A stretch of 64,000 nucleotides of DNA from an uncultured Woeseiaceae bacterium (GTDB lineage Bacteria; Pseudomonadota; Gammaproteobacteria; Steroidobacterales; Woeseiaceae), in assembly GCA_964605635.1 (NCBI GenBank), contig CAZSDL010000001.1, positions 3,944-67,943 of the forward strand. The letters are read 5' to 3'. The notes below the pieces were generated by a model. That model had not been told where the DNA came from. It worked only from the letters and a program-made list of their open reading frames with translations, and did not search any database. The position numbers were made by a program, and so were the translations under genes. Shown here piece after piece: positions 51,740 through 61,074 of the stretch. Numbering within the stretch: position 1 is the first letter of the stretch; each line of letters starts with the position of its first letter.

Positions 51740-53365
51740 ATGGCCAGGAAAAGCAAACGTGCCCGGTTCGACTCACCGCAACGCCACGGGGAACACCCGC
51801 GGCCGGTGACCCGGCGTCAATTCGTCGCTCAGGGCTTTCTGGGCGGCTCGGCGTTCCTGGCAGGCGGCGGCGTGATGAGCCTGTTCACGAACCCGCGCGA
51901 GGCATTTGCGGAGCTGTCAGGCGACTTGCGGCCCTTGCTCAGCAATCCGTGCAACGTGGCAACGGAAGGTGCAGGCAAGATCCCGTTTATCTGTTTCGAC
52001 CTGGCGGGCGGAGCCAGCATCGCCGCTTCCAATGTCCTGGTCGGCAAAGAGGGCGGCCAACTCGATTTCCTGAGCACCGCCGGCTACCAGAAACTGGGCT
52101 TGCCCGGCGACATGGTGCCGGGTCTCAATGACCCGATTTCCGGCCTCTCCTTCACCAATACCGATTTCGGGCTGGCGTTTCACTCCGACAGCGCCTTCCT
52201 GCGCGGTATACTTCGCAGCATGGCGCCGACTCGAGCGGCCAACCTCAACGGCGCCATTATCCCGGCACGTTCGGAGAATGACACCGGCAACAATCCACAC
52301 AATCCGCTGTATGGCATTGCGACCGCGGGTGCCGACGGTTCGATCATCACGTTGGCAGGCTCCGAGAATACGGATTCAGGCGGCAACTCGATGATTCCGT
52401 CGATGATGATGAACCCGGAATTGCGGCCAACCAAGGTGGACCAGCCGCGGGATGTGACCGGCCTGGTAGATACCGGCGACCTGGTGGGCATTCTTCAGCC
52501 CGAAGAAGCGACCGCGGTCCTGGAATCCATTTACCGCATCAGCGACCGCAAGATGAGCGTTGCCGAAGCCGGCCAGACGATAAGCTCCGCGGAGGTCGTC
52601 AAGGACATGGTGCGCTGCGGCTACCTGAAATCGGCCGACATTGCCGACCGTTTCGGCGGCGTCCCGCTCGACCCCAGTGAGGACCCGATGATTGTCGGTC
52701 CGGGCGGCATATTTACTGAAGCCGAATTCAATGCCAACGATACCGATGGTCGCGAATTCCGCAAGACGGCATCTGTCATGAAACTGGTGATGAACGGTTT
52801 CGCCGGTGCCGCCTGCATCGAAATGGGCGGCTATGACTACCATGGCGGCCAGCGACGCGAAGGCGAAGTCAAGGACGAGCGCGCCGGGCGCTGCATGGGC
52901 GCTTGCCTGGAGTACGCGGCTCGCATCGGTGTACCCCTGATGCTGTACGTCTTCAGCGATGGTTCGCTGTCCAGCAACGGTGTCATCGACAACTCGCCGG
53001 AGGGTCGCGGCAAAGGTGAATGGGTCAGTGACGATTCGTCGACGGCAGCGTCATTTTTCCTGGTCTACAATCCCAACGGTCGGCCGGCGCTGCGCGGCGG
53101 GACGCCCGAGCAGCAAGCGAGGCACCAGCAGATCGGCTACTTCGACGCCAGCGGCTCGGTACAGCGCGCGTCAACGCCTGCGGCGAACAACGTCAACCTG
53201 CTCGTCAACACGGTGATTCTCAACTATATGGCGCTGCACGGTGAAGAAGGGAACTTCGCCAATCTCTTTCCGAACCACGGGCTCGGCGACACCAGTCTTC
53301 GCGACAGCATGACCGCATTCGATGCCATAGTCTCGGGCACGATCGGACCGCTGAATCCGTCGTAA
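51740..53365 (+). CDS. twin-arginine-signal protein, divergent DUF1501-like (sulfatase/phosphatase-superfamily-like)
   Basis: Tat motif TRRQFVAQGFLGGSAFLAGGG. FICFDLAGGASIAASNV and EMGGYDYHGG...LYVFSDG...GKGEWVSDDS loosely parallel the DUF1501 blocks (GG.D, GG.DTH, SEFGR, DHG). Confidence 0.65.
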   Translation: MARKSKRARFDSPQRHGEHPRPVTRRQFVAQGFLGGSAFLAGGGVMSLFTNPREAFAELSGDLRPLLSNPCNVATEGAGKIPFICFDLAGGASIAASNVLVGKEGGQLDFLSTAGYQKLGLPGDMVPGLNDPISGLSFTNTDFGLAFHSDSAFLRGILRSMAPTRAANLNGAIIPARSENDTGNNPHNPLYGIATAGADGSIITLAGSENTDSGGNSMIPSMMMNPELRPTKVDQPRDVTGLVDTGDLVGILQPEEATAVLESIYRISDRKMSVAEAGQTISSAEVVKDMVRCGYLKSADIADRFGGVPLDPSEDPMIVGPGGIFTEAEFNANDTDGREFRKTASVMKLVMNGFAGAACIEMGGYDYHGGQRREGEVKDERAGRCMGACLEYAARIGVPLMLYVFSDGSLSSNGVIDNSPEGRGKGEWVSDDSSTAASFFLVYNPNGRPALRGGTPEQQARHQQIGYFDASGSVQRASTPAANNVNLLVNTVILNYMALHGEEGNFANLFPNHGLGDTSLRDSMTAFDAIVSGTIGPLNPS

Positions 53366-53387
53366 ACGCTGTTGAGCATAAGAAGCG

Positions 53388-53426
53388 GCGGCCGGCCGGA
53401 CCAGCGTCCCGCCGGCCGCTTTTTTT
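53388..53426 (+). terminator. strong intrinsic terminator closing the 47969-53365 operon
   Basis: 9-bp GC stem GCGGCCGGC/GCCGGCCGC (53388-96 / 53411-19), 14-nt loop, then T7 (53420-26). Confidence 0.75.
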
Positions 53427-53450
53427 GCAGGCGGAGCCTGTCGCGCCATA

Positions 53451-54881
53451 ATGCGCTCACTTTCACCCGGGAAGATCTCCACCATGCCGGATACCGCTCC
53501 GCTACTCGATATCTTCGCCTGTCCACGTTGCGACAAAGCGCCGCTCGAGCAGCTTGCCAATGCCCTGCATTGCGCCGGCTGCAAGACCGAATTTCCCACC
53601 GTCGGCGGCATCCCCTGCTTGTTCGCCGACCCGGCGTCGAGTCTTGGCGAATGGCGCAACCGCCTGCACTTCGAATTGCAACGCCTCGCACACGATAGCG
53701 AACGACTGCGTACCGAATTGCGCGCAGCGGACCTGCGTGCGTTGACCCGACGACGGCTGGAAAGTCTTCTCGCCGCAACCGATAGCCACCGCAAGTCCTT
53801 GCAGCAGCTTCTTGTGCCGCTCGATGTACAGTCGATGCAAGCTTCCTACGAGTCGCATCTCGCGCTACGTACACGCTTACCGATCGACCAGGCCCTGGGC
53901 ACCTACTACGCCAATGTGCACCGGGACTGGGCCTGGGGCGACGAGGAGAACGCGGCCTCACTGCAGCAGGTTAGTCTCGCGCTCGCCGCATCCGCACAAA
54001 CCGGCATTTCAGCCGACGATATCGGGAACACGTTGGTCCTGGGATCCGGTGCATCACGACTGGCGTACGACATGCACATGGCATTCAATCCGCCACGCAC
54101 AGTTGCGGTCGACTTCAACCCCTTGCTGTTACTGATCGCCCAATCGGCCGTTAGCGGTACACCGCTTGATCTTTATGAATTTCCGCTGGCTCCAAAGTCC
54201 ATAGACGACGTCGCGGTGCTGCGGACGTTGCGGGCGCCGGAGCCCGTGCGGGCCGGACTATCGTTTGTGCTCGCTGACGTCTTGCGGGCACCATTCTGTA
54301 ATGGTTCTTTCGATACGGTTGTTACCCCGTGGCTGATCGATATTGTCGGCGAGGACCTGCCGATACTCGCTGCACGCATCAATCGCCTCCTGAAGAAAGG
54401 CGGTCGCTGGGTGAATTTTGGCTCGCTGGCTTTCGACCATCCGCAGCATTCACGCTGCTACAGTGCGCAGGAAATCATTGACATTGTCGAGACCTGTGGC
54501 TTCCGCACGCCTGAGATTCAGGAAGCGATCATTCCCTACATGTGCTCGCCCGCAAGTCGCCATGGCCGGCGCGAACTGAGTTTTACTTTCGCCGCTGTAA
54601 AGTCGGAAGATGCAAGCATACCGCCGCGGAACAAGGCGTTGCCAGACTGGATCGTTACCGGTCGCGAGCCGGTGCCTTTGTTGCCCTCGTTCCGGACACA
54701 GGCGCTTTCGACGCAAATTTATTCTTTTATCATGTCGTTGATCGATGGCCGGCGATCAATCGCCGACATGGCGGCCACTCTCGAAGAACGCAAACTGATG
54801 ACGCGACAGGAGGCGGAGCCTGCCATTCGCAACTTTTTGACACGCATGTACGACGACAGCCAACGACGGCGGGAATTCTGA
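53451..54881 (+). CDS. three-domain protein: Trm112-like zinc ribbon, N2227-like class I methyltransferase, PqqD-like C-terminal domain
   Basis: The zinc ribbon is LLDIFACPRCDKAPL...LHCAGCKTEFPTVGGIPCLFAD. The methyltransferase blocks are LVLGSGASRLAYDM...VAVDFNPLLLLIAQ and FDTVVTPWLIDIVGEDLPILAARINRLLKKGGRWVNFGSLAFDH. The tail is IYSFIMSLIDGRRSIADMAATLEERKLMTRQEAEPAIRNFLTRM. The start is ATG 53451 or 53484. Confidence 0.75.
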   Translation: MRSLSPGKISTMPDTAPLLDIFACPRCDKAPLEQLANALHCAGCKTEFPTVGGIPCLFADPASSLGEWRNRLHFELQRLAHDSERLRTELRAADLRALTRRRLESLLAATDSHRKSLQQLLVPLDVQSMQASYESHLALRTRLPIDQALGTYYANVHRDWAWGDEENAASLQQVSLALAASAQTGISADDIGNTLVLGSGASRLAYDMHMAFNPPRTVAVDFNPLLLLIAQSAVSGTPLDLYEFPLAPKSIDDVAVLRTLRAPEPVRAGLSFVLADVLRAPFCNGSFDTVVTPWLIDIVGEDLPILAARINRLLKKGGRWVNFGSLAFDHPQHSRCYSAQEIIDIVETCGFRTPEIQEAIIPYMCSPASRHGRRELSFTFAAVKSEDASIPPRNKALPDWIVTGREPVPLLPSFRTQALSTQIYSFIMSLIDGRRSIADMAATLEERKLMTRQEAEPAIRNFLTRMYDDSQRRREF

Positions 54882-54941
54882 GAAAGCGAATTGTGCGTGA
54901 CGTTGCCTGCTCGATGTTACTCGCTGTCTGCCGCGATTGGC

Positions 54942-55265
54942 CTAACGCTCGAGGTACTGGAACTTGTCCTTGACCTCGCGCCATTCATCGGCATCTTCGG
55001 GCGCGTCTTTCATTTCGGTAATCACCGGCCACTCCCGGGACAGCTCCTTGTTGAGCTCGAGGAAATGATGCTGATCGGGCGGAACCTCATCCTCTGAAAA
55101 GATCGCCTCGACCGGGCATTCCGGTTCGCAAAGGGTGCAATCGATGCATTCGTCGGGATCGATAACCAGCATGTTCGGGCCTTCATGAAAGCAATCGACC
55201 GGGCATACTTCGACACAATCGGTCAATTTGCACTTGATGCAGGCTTCAGTAACGACGAATGTCAT
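54942..55265 (-). CDS. fdxA: 7Fe ferredoxin (ferredoxin I type)
   Basis: [29 protein letters not shown]...[16 protein letters not shown], 107 aa from ATG 55265. Confidence 0.92.
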   Translation of the reverse strand: MTFVVTEACIKCKLTDCVEVCPVDCFHEGPNMLVIDPDECIDCTLCEPECPVEAIFSEDEVPPDQHHFLELNKELSREWPVITEMKDAPEDADEWREVKDKFQYLER

Positions 55266-55441
55266 GTAACGGTTCCTCAACCGGAAAACGGTGCATTTTA
55301 CGCTATTCGATGTAGCCGGGCACATCAAGTCCCGGGTTGACACAATATAGCCGCTCCCTGAGCGACGGATCCTGCATGGATCGAATTCGATCCGCGCTTG
55401 GGCGACAATGTCCTCAATCAGAAAAACCCACAGGAATGTGC

Positions 55442-57520
55442 ATGAACCCCGTAAGCCTGGAAGGCCAGGGTGACGTCTCCGTCATTACCATCGACAATCC
55501 ACCAGTCAATGCCTTGTCGCACGCGGTGCGCAAGGGTCTCGTTGAATGCATCGAGGCTGCCTGCGCCGACAACGAGACGCAAGCAATCGTGCTGCAGTGT
55601 GCTGGTCGCACCTTCATTGCCGGTGCCGATATTCGTGAATTCGGCGTGCCGGCGAAGATGCCCCTCCTTCCGGACGTTGTGGCCGCGATAGAGGCCGCTG
55701 AGAAACCAGTGATCGCAGCCATCCACGGCACGGCGCTCGGCGGAGGCCTGGAAGTGGCGATGGGCTGCCACTATCGCATCGCTCGAAACGACGCCGTCGT
55801 CGGGTTGCCTGAAGTCAAGCTCGGCTTATTGCCCGGTGCAACCGGCACTCAGCGCTTGCCGAGACTGATCGGCGCCGAGCGCGCGCTCGAACTCATGCTG
55901 TCCGGCGAGTCGATCAGCGCAGCGGCAGCGCGTGACGCCGGACTTCTGGATGAAGTGACGGACAGCGACGACCTGCCGGCGGCGGCCGTCACCTTTGCGC
56001 GGGAACGAATCGTCGATGGCCCGCGTCGAGTCCGCGACATGGCAGTCAAAGCGGCCGATGCCGGTGTGTTCGCTGCTGCCCGGGAGACCATCGCGCGGAA
56101 AGCCAGAGGGTTACTGTCACCCGAACTGATTATTCGCTGCGTGGAACAGGCGGTCGGGAAAAGTTTTGACGACGGCTGCCGGGCCGAGCGGGAATATTTT
56201 TTGCAGTGCATGAATTCGCCGCAATCGCGTGGGCTTCGACATGCGTTTTTTGCTGAACGCGAGGCGGCTAAAGTGCCCGGGATCGACAAAGACACGCCGA
56301 GGCGGGACATCCGGCATATCGCAGTGCTCGGCGCAGGTACGATGGGTGCCGGCATTGCCTACGCCTGTCTCGCTGCCGGATACACGGTCCACCTGCTCGA
56401 TAACGATGACGCTGCCCTGGAACGCGGCGCAGAAAGCGTACGCGGCCTGCTCAAAGGCGGCGCAGAGCGCGGCAAGCTGTCGGCGGCGTTCGTACAGGAG
56501 TGTCTGGAGCGTTTCGCAAAAGGCTCCGATTACGCCGACATTCACAATGCCGACCTCGTCATCGAGGCGGTTGTCGAGAGTGTGGCCGTCAAGCACGAGG
56601 TTTTCGCCAAACTGGATGCCATATGCAAGCCGGGTGCGATCCTCGCAAGTAACACGTCAACACTTGATATCGACCGGATTGCGGCTGCAACATCGCGGCC
56701 CGCGGATGTCATCGGCCTGCATTTCTTCAGCCCCGCTCATATCATGCGCCTGCTCGAAATCGTGCGCGGTGCCCGGACCGCGGACGATGTGATTGCGACC
56801 GCGCTGGGTTTTGCCAAATCACTGGGCAAGATCGGCGTGGTCGTCGGCAACTGCTTCGGTTTTGTCGGTAACCGAATGCTTTACAGCTACGGCAGGGAGA
56901 ATCAGCTGTTGCTCCTCGAGGGAGCCGCGCCCGAGCAGATCGACCGCGTTCTTTACGATTGGGGCATGGCAATGGGACCGAACGCGGTGGGTGATCTCGC
57001 GGGACTCGATGTCGGTTACCGGGCTCGCCGGGAGCGGAGCGACCTTCCGGACGATCCTCGCTTCTACCGGGTCGCGGACATGCTGGCTGAGCAGGGTCGA
57101 TACGGACAGAAGACCGGCAAGGGTATGTACCGTTACGAACCCGGATCGCGAACGCCGATCCCCGACCCGCAGGTGCGTGACATGATTCGCAGCGAGGCCG
57201 AAAGACTCGGCGTAGCGCAGCGCGACATCACGGATCAGGAAATTGTGGATCGCTGCATCTATGGCCTCGTCATTGAAGGCGTGCGTATTCTGCAGGAGGG
57301 CATTGCGGCGCGTTCGTCGGACATCGACGTCATCTGGATCAACGGCTATGGCTTTCCGCGACACCGCGGCGGACCAATGCACTTTGCCGAGGCCACAGGC
57401 CTCGCCCAGGTGCTGGAGATTATCACGCAGTTTCGCGAGCGTTTCGGGCCCCTGTATTGGGAGCCGCCCGAACTTCTTCGTAAGCTCGTCGCCGACAACT
57501 CATGTTTTGCCGACCTATAA
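55442..57520 (+). CDS. bifunctional enoyl-CoA hydratase / 3-hydroxyacyl-CoA dehydrogenase (FadB/FadJ-like)
   Basis: An N-terminal crotonase fold ([36 protein letters not shown]) is joined to an NAD-binding segment, [12 protein letters not shown], and a 3-hydroxyacyl-CoA dehydrogenase C-terminal repeat. Confidence 0.9.
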   Translation: MNPVSLEGQGDVSVITIDNPPVNALSHAVRKGLVECIEAACADNETQAIVLQCAGRTFIAGADIREFGVPAKMPLLPDVVAAIEAAEKPVIAAIHGTALGGGLEVAMGCHYRIARNDAVVGLPEVKLGLLPGATGTQRLPRLIGAERALELMLSGESISAAAARDAGLLDEVTDSDDLPAAAVTFARERIVDGPRRVRDMAVKAADAGVFAAARETIARKARGLLSPELIIRCVEQAVGKSFDDGCRAEREYFLQCMNSPQSRGLRHAFFAEREAAKVPGIDKDTPRRDIRHIAVLGAGTMGAGIAYACLAAGYTVHLLDNDDAALERGAESVRGLLKGGAERGKLSAAFVQECLERFAKGSDYADIHNADLVIEAVVESVAVKHEVFAKLDAICKPGAILASNTSTLDIDRIAAATSRPADVIGLHFFSPAHIMRLLEIVRGARTADDVIATALGFAKSLGKIGVVVGNCFGFVGNRMLYSYGRENQLLLLEGAAPEQIDRVLYDWGMAMGPNAVGDLAGLDVGYRARRERSDLPDDPRFYRVADMLAEQGRYGQKTGKGMYRYEPGSRTPIPDPQVRDMIRSEAERLGVAQRDITDQEIVDRCIYGLVIEGVRILQEGIAARSSDIDVIWINGYGFPRHRGGPMHFAEATGLAQVLEIITQFRERFGPLYWEPPELLRKLVADNSCFADL

Positions 57521-58366
57521 GTGGCGCGGCGATTCCGATTCATGCCAGCGATCGCTACGGCATACTACTCGCGAGTCGGCCGCAAGCTTCTCCAGGTGTG
57601 CCAGCAGCGATCGTTCCGCCAGTGGGTGCAGTGACGGATTGACGTCCGAATAGACTACTTTTACCAGTTCGTGCAACGTTGCTCCGGGCGAGTCGGCAAC
57701 CGCCGCAGCGACTTTCGCCTCGCGCCGCAGCCGATGCCGGATGAGATCCTCGATGGCCGTCGCCGGCTCGTGTATGACGTCGCCGTGCCCTGGCGCGATT
57801 GCTGCACAGTCGAGCTGCGCCAGGCGTTCCAGGGAATGCAGATAGTCGGACATGTTGCCGTCCGGAGGATCGATGACAACGGTCGAGCCGTTGATGATGT
57901 GATCGCCCGTAAAAAGCCAGTTCAAGCCCACGTGCCGGTAGCAAAGATGGTTCGAGGCATGCCCCGGCGTAGGTACTATCTCAAGTTCATATTCGCTGCT
58001 GCCGATTCTCTCGCCATCCGCCGGCACCCGGTTGGGGATAAAAGTACGGTCCTGCGGTCCTGTCGCTGGCGCCGGTCTCCCTATGAGTTGTGCGTCGCAC
58101 GCCTCAGCCAGTAAGGCTGCTGCCGGCGAATGATCGGGATGTGTATGAGTAACGAAAACCCAGCGAACAGATGCCTTGACCACGCTCTTGATCGCGTCGA
58201 TATGTGCCTCGATGGCAGGACCGGGATCGATCACCGCGAGTTCGCGAGTACCCACGATGTAGGTATTCGTTCCAGGGCCGGTCATCATGCCGGGGTTCGG
58301 CGCGACGAGTCGACGCACGCCGGGCGACAGGTCGCTCACCTTGCCTGGTGTCAGCTCGCTGCTCAC
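57515..58366 (-). CDS. MBL-fold metallo-hydrolase
   Basis: TNTYIVGT..., the HxHxDH motif THTHPDHS, and the downstream GHASNH and PGHGD motifs. Confidence 0.85.
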   Translation of the reverse strand: MSSELTPGKVSDLSPGVRRLVAPNPGMMTGPGTNTYIVGTRELAVIDPGPAIEAHIDAIKSVVKASVRWVFVTHTHPDHSPAAALLAEACDAQLIGRPAPATGPQDRTFIPNRVPADGERIGSSEYELEIVPTPGHASNHLCYRHVGLNWLFTGDHIINGSTVVIDPPDGNMSDYLHSLERLAQLDCAAIAPGHGDVIHEPATAIEDLIRHRLRREAKVAAAVADSPGATLHELVKVVYSDVNPSLHPLAERSLLAHLEKLAADSRVVCRSDRWHESESPRHL

Positions 58367-59256
58367 CGGCCGTCGTTCCCGGAGCGCGCCGCATGTTCAG
58401 CATAGTCACAATGATCCGGCATCAGGATGGTCTCCTTGCCGTGACGGGACACAATGATCGGCAGGATTTTTGCCACACCGGTCCGGGCGCGCTCATCCGC
58501 CCATGCCTTCACTTCGTCCACCGATTGGAACGCCGCCAGCTCACCAAGCGTTGCCAGTGTGGGCGGCGGCAGTATCAAGTCACCGCGCTTACCGGCCTCC
58601 AGGGCGGCGGCGGCAGTTACCCAACGGCTGTCAGTGAGTTCTATGCCGTCATGGCAAGCGGCTTGTCCATCCGGCATCATCGCCAGAAAAAAACGCGTCG
58701 AAAACCGGCGCGGCCGCGCAGTCGGCGTGATCCACCAGGCGAAATAGCTGATTGCGTCGACCGCCAGCGTCAGCTCATTTTGGGCGAGAAATTCGGGCCA
58801 CCGGGCATCCTGCGAGATAAGCCGATAGCGGCTTGCATGCAGTTCATCGACAGTCGGACGCAACGTCGCCGGGGGCATCCGGCCTTGCGGATCGCGTGCC
58901 AGCAACACGCCGGTTTCCTCGAAAAGCTCGCGAATCGCTGCACTGTAATACTCCAGTGCGCCTTCAGTCATTCCGAGGCAGCGACAGGCATCGTCTGCTG
59001 TCAAGCGAGGATCACATAGCGAATGGCGATCACAGCTTTCGACGAGCCCTCCCGGAAAGACATAGTTCGCGCCGAACGCGGTCTTTGCGTGACGTCTCAC
59101 CAGCAAAATTTCGGGACTGCCTTGATTGCTGCGCACCAGTACCACGGTCGCCGACGGAGCGGGATCTGCGCAGAGTCTGGCGGGGCCTGGCGTGTTGTCG
59201 TGGACCATCGAGACAGCTACCGGGTGGATAAACGGGGTCGATGTCGGACGCTGCAA
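58363..59256 (-). CDS. NUDIX hydrolase
   Basis: Nudix box FPGGLVESCD...AAIRELFEETGVLLA. The start is uncertain (59256 or 59208). Confidence 0.8.
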   Translation of the reverse strand: MQRPTSTPFIHPVAVSMVHDNTPGPARLCADPAPSATVVLVRSNQGSPEILLVRRHAKTAFGANYVFPGGLVESCDRHSLCDPRLTADDACRCLGMTEGALEYYSAAIRELFEETGVLLARDPQGRMPPATLRPTVDELHASRYRLISQDARWPEFLAQNELTLAVDAISYFAWWITPTARPRRFSTRFFLAMMPDGQAACHDGIELTDSRWVTAAAALEAGKRGDLILPPPTLATLGELAAFQSVDEVKAWADERARTGVAKILPIIVSRHGKETILMPDHCDYAEHAARSGNDGR

Positions 59257-59269
59257 GCCGCCAGCCGCA

Positions 59270-59809
59270 TCAACTCGCTGCGCGACTTTCTATGAATGTC
59301 TTGAGCGAGTTAAGTTGGCTGGTCAGGACGCTATCAACTGCCGGCGCAATCTGCAGGAGACCCTGCGGCAGATAGCCACCGACGGCATATTTCCAGGTCA
59401 CGAGCGTGCCTTCGTCACTGTCGTCGAATTCCCAGGTCATGTTGCCATAAACCCCCATCAGGCCGAGCGGACCCAGACCGCCGCTCAGCCGCAAAATGAC
59501 GGAAGGATTGACGAAAGACACGGTCATATGGACCACACCGCCATTGTCACCGAGGGCTTCGCAGAAACAACCCTGCGGCCGGGCTTCGATGTACATGTTG
59601 CTCGCGTCACCGGACATCGTGTGAGCATCGCTCCACCATTCGCCGATATCGGCGACAGCGGCACGATAAACGTCGTGGCGCGATGCATTGATCAGGGCAG
59701 ACTGACTGACTGTAAAGCCGTCGGATCGTGCATCCAGAACGTCGGCCGATGCCAGCTCAGCCAGTAACAGTGCAATTGCCAATACTGCGAAGTGTCGGAA
59801 AAGAGTCAT
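59270..59809 (-). CDS. exported SRPBCC (START/AHSA1-like) family protein
   Basis: A signal peptide (LAIALLLAELASA) is followed by about 150 aa with the SRPBCC-like pattern (V.ASRHDVYRAAV.DIGEWW...G...W). Confidence 0.65.
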   Translation of the reverse strand: MTLFRHFAVLAIALLLAELASADVLDARSDGFTVSQSALINASRHDVYRAAVADIGEWWSDAHTMSGDASNMYIEARPQGCFCEALGDNGGVVHMTVSFVNPSVILRLSGGLGPLGLMGVYGNMTWEFDDSDEGTLVTWKYAVGGYLPQGLLQIAPAVDSVLTSQLNSLKTFIESRAAS

Positions 59810-59924
59810 CGCCGGTCGCTCGTGTTGGAATAATGGGTCAGCCGGCGTACAGATTAACTCAATCGTTAACGCAATCGCACCTTTGACACACTATGAGCGG
59901 CAACGCCATTACGCACGAACAGAC

Positions 59925-60113
59925 TCAAAACAACTGCACCGGCAGCAGCGACTCCAGCAGGAATAACGCGGCGATCAGTGTTACTGCGAGATAGACTCTG
60001 TGCCATCGGCGCATCGCGGGCCTCATCAATGCCATAATCATCGGCGGTAAGTATCGGTGCATCTCCCTGAACGGCAGATGAAACGCGGGCGACCGCAACA
60101 GTCCGCTTTTCAA
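59925..60113 (-). CDS. hypothetical small membrane protein (62 aa)
   Basis: Third codon positions are strongly G/C-biased, as in the neighbouring genes. There is one C-terminal TM segment (VYLAVTLIAALFLLESLL). I recognise no family. Confidence 0.3.
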   Translation of the reverse strand: MKSGLLRSPAFHLPFREMHRYLPPMIMALMRPAMRRWHRVYLAVTLIAALFLLESLLPVQLF

Positions 60114-60172
60114 TAAACATAAAGCATTGATCTATATCGTTTTTTTTGTTTTCCGGATACGGAGAAGAATGC

Positions 60173-61024
60173 ATGGCTGGCGCGCAGGAAAATCTGCTGA
60201 CAGAACCGATCGATTCGCTGCCGGCATTCCTGAAAAGCTATGAACGGCTCGCGGTTCTGACCGGCGCTGGCTGCAGCACGGCGTCCGGCATTCCGGATTA
60301 CCGCGACGATGACGGCAACTGGAAGCAACGGAAGCCGGTTCAGTTCGCCGAGTTTATGACTTGCACCGACGTTCGTCGCCGCTACTGGGCACAAAGCTCC
60401 CATGGTTGGAGCCGTATCGCGGAGGCTCGTCCGAATGGCGCTCATGCAGCGCTGGCAACGCTTGAAGCGGCCGGGCGCGTCATGGGCCTCATCACTCAAA
60501 ATGTTGACAACCTGCATCGGGCAGCGGGTAGTCGAAACGTGATCGATTTACATGGCGTTCTGCACACGACCCGATGTATGCAGTGCAATTGCAAAGTGTC
60601 CCGGCAGGAGTTTCAACACAGGCTGGAGAATCTGAATCCTGACTGGCGTACAACGGTAACAAGCTTCGGTCCGGACGGCGATGCTACTTTGGCAGCAGAC
60701 CACTTCGAGAAATTCACGATACCAGACTGCCTGCATTGCGGCGGCATCGTAAAGCCGGACGTCGTTTTTTTTGGCGAATCGGTTCCGGCGGACAGGGTCG
60801 CAATGGCCCGTCAACTGGTGCAGGACTCTGATGCGCTGCTGGTCGCAGGGACGTCGCTCATGGTTTTTTCCGGGTTTCGATTTGCGCGGCTGGCGGCAGA
60901 ATACGGTAAGCCGATTGCCATCCTGAATCGGGGGAAAACGCGCGCCGACGAATTCGCCTCGCATCGATTCTCCGGGGATTGCTCGAGCCTGCTGCAAATC
61001 GGCGTCGACGCCCTTGCAGCCTGA
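60173..61024 (+). CDS. NAD-dependent protein deacylase (Sir2 family)
   Basis: GAGCSTASGIPDYRDDDG, TQNVDNLH, the zinc ribbon CMQC...CLHCGG, and VVFFGE. GGAGAAG is the RBS before ATG 60173. Confidence 0.9.
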   Translation: MAGAQENLLTEPIDSLPAFLKSYERLAVLTGAGCSTASGIPDYRDDDGNWKQRKPVQFAEFMTCTDVRRRYWAQSSHGWSRIAEARPNGAHAALATLEAAGRVMGLITQNVDNLHRAAGSRNVIDLHGVLHTTRCMQCNCKVSRQEFQHRLENLNPDWRTTVTSFGPDGDATLAADHFEKFTIPDCLHCGGIVKPDVVFFGESVPADRVAMARQLVQDSDALLVAGTSLMVFSGFRFARLAAEYGKPIAILNRGKTRADEFASHRFSGDCSSLLQIGVDALAA

Positions 61025-61074
61025 CAGCACCGCTCGCCACATGTGCAATTACAGGCGTAGTCGCAGGTTCGGGA

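Noticed and set aside
58204-59019. 271-aa plus-strand ORF spanning the MBL/NUDIX junction
   Set aside because: It is antisense to two genes with clear HxHxDH and Nudix-box motifs.
60173-61024. Sir2-domain protein as an anti-phage defence effector (DSR/Thoeris/SIR2-HerA type)
   Set aside because: It has ordinary sirtuin size (283 aa) and an intact zinc ribbon and catalytic motifs. It has no fused or adjacent defence partner (TIR, HerA, pAgo, helicase), and its neighbourhood is housekeeping.
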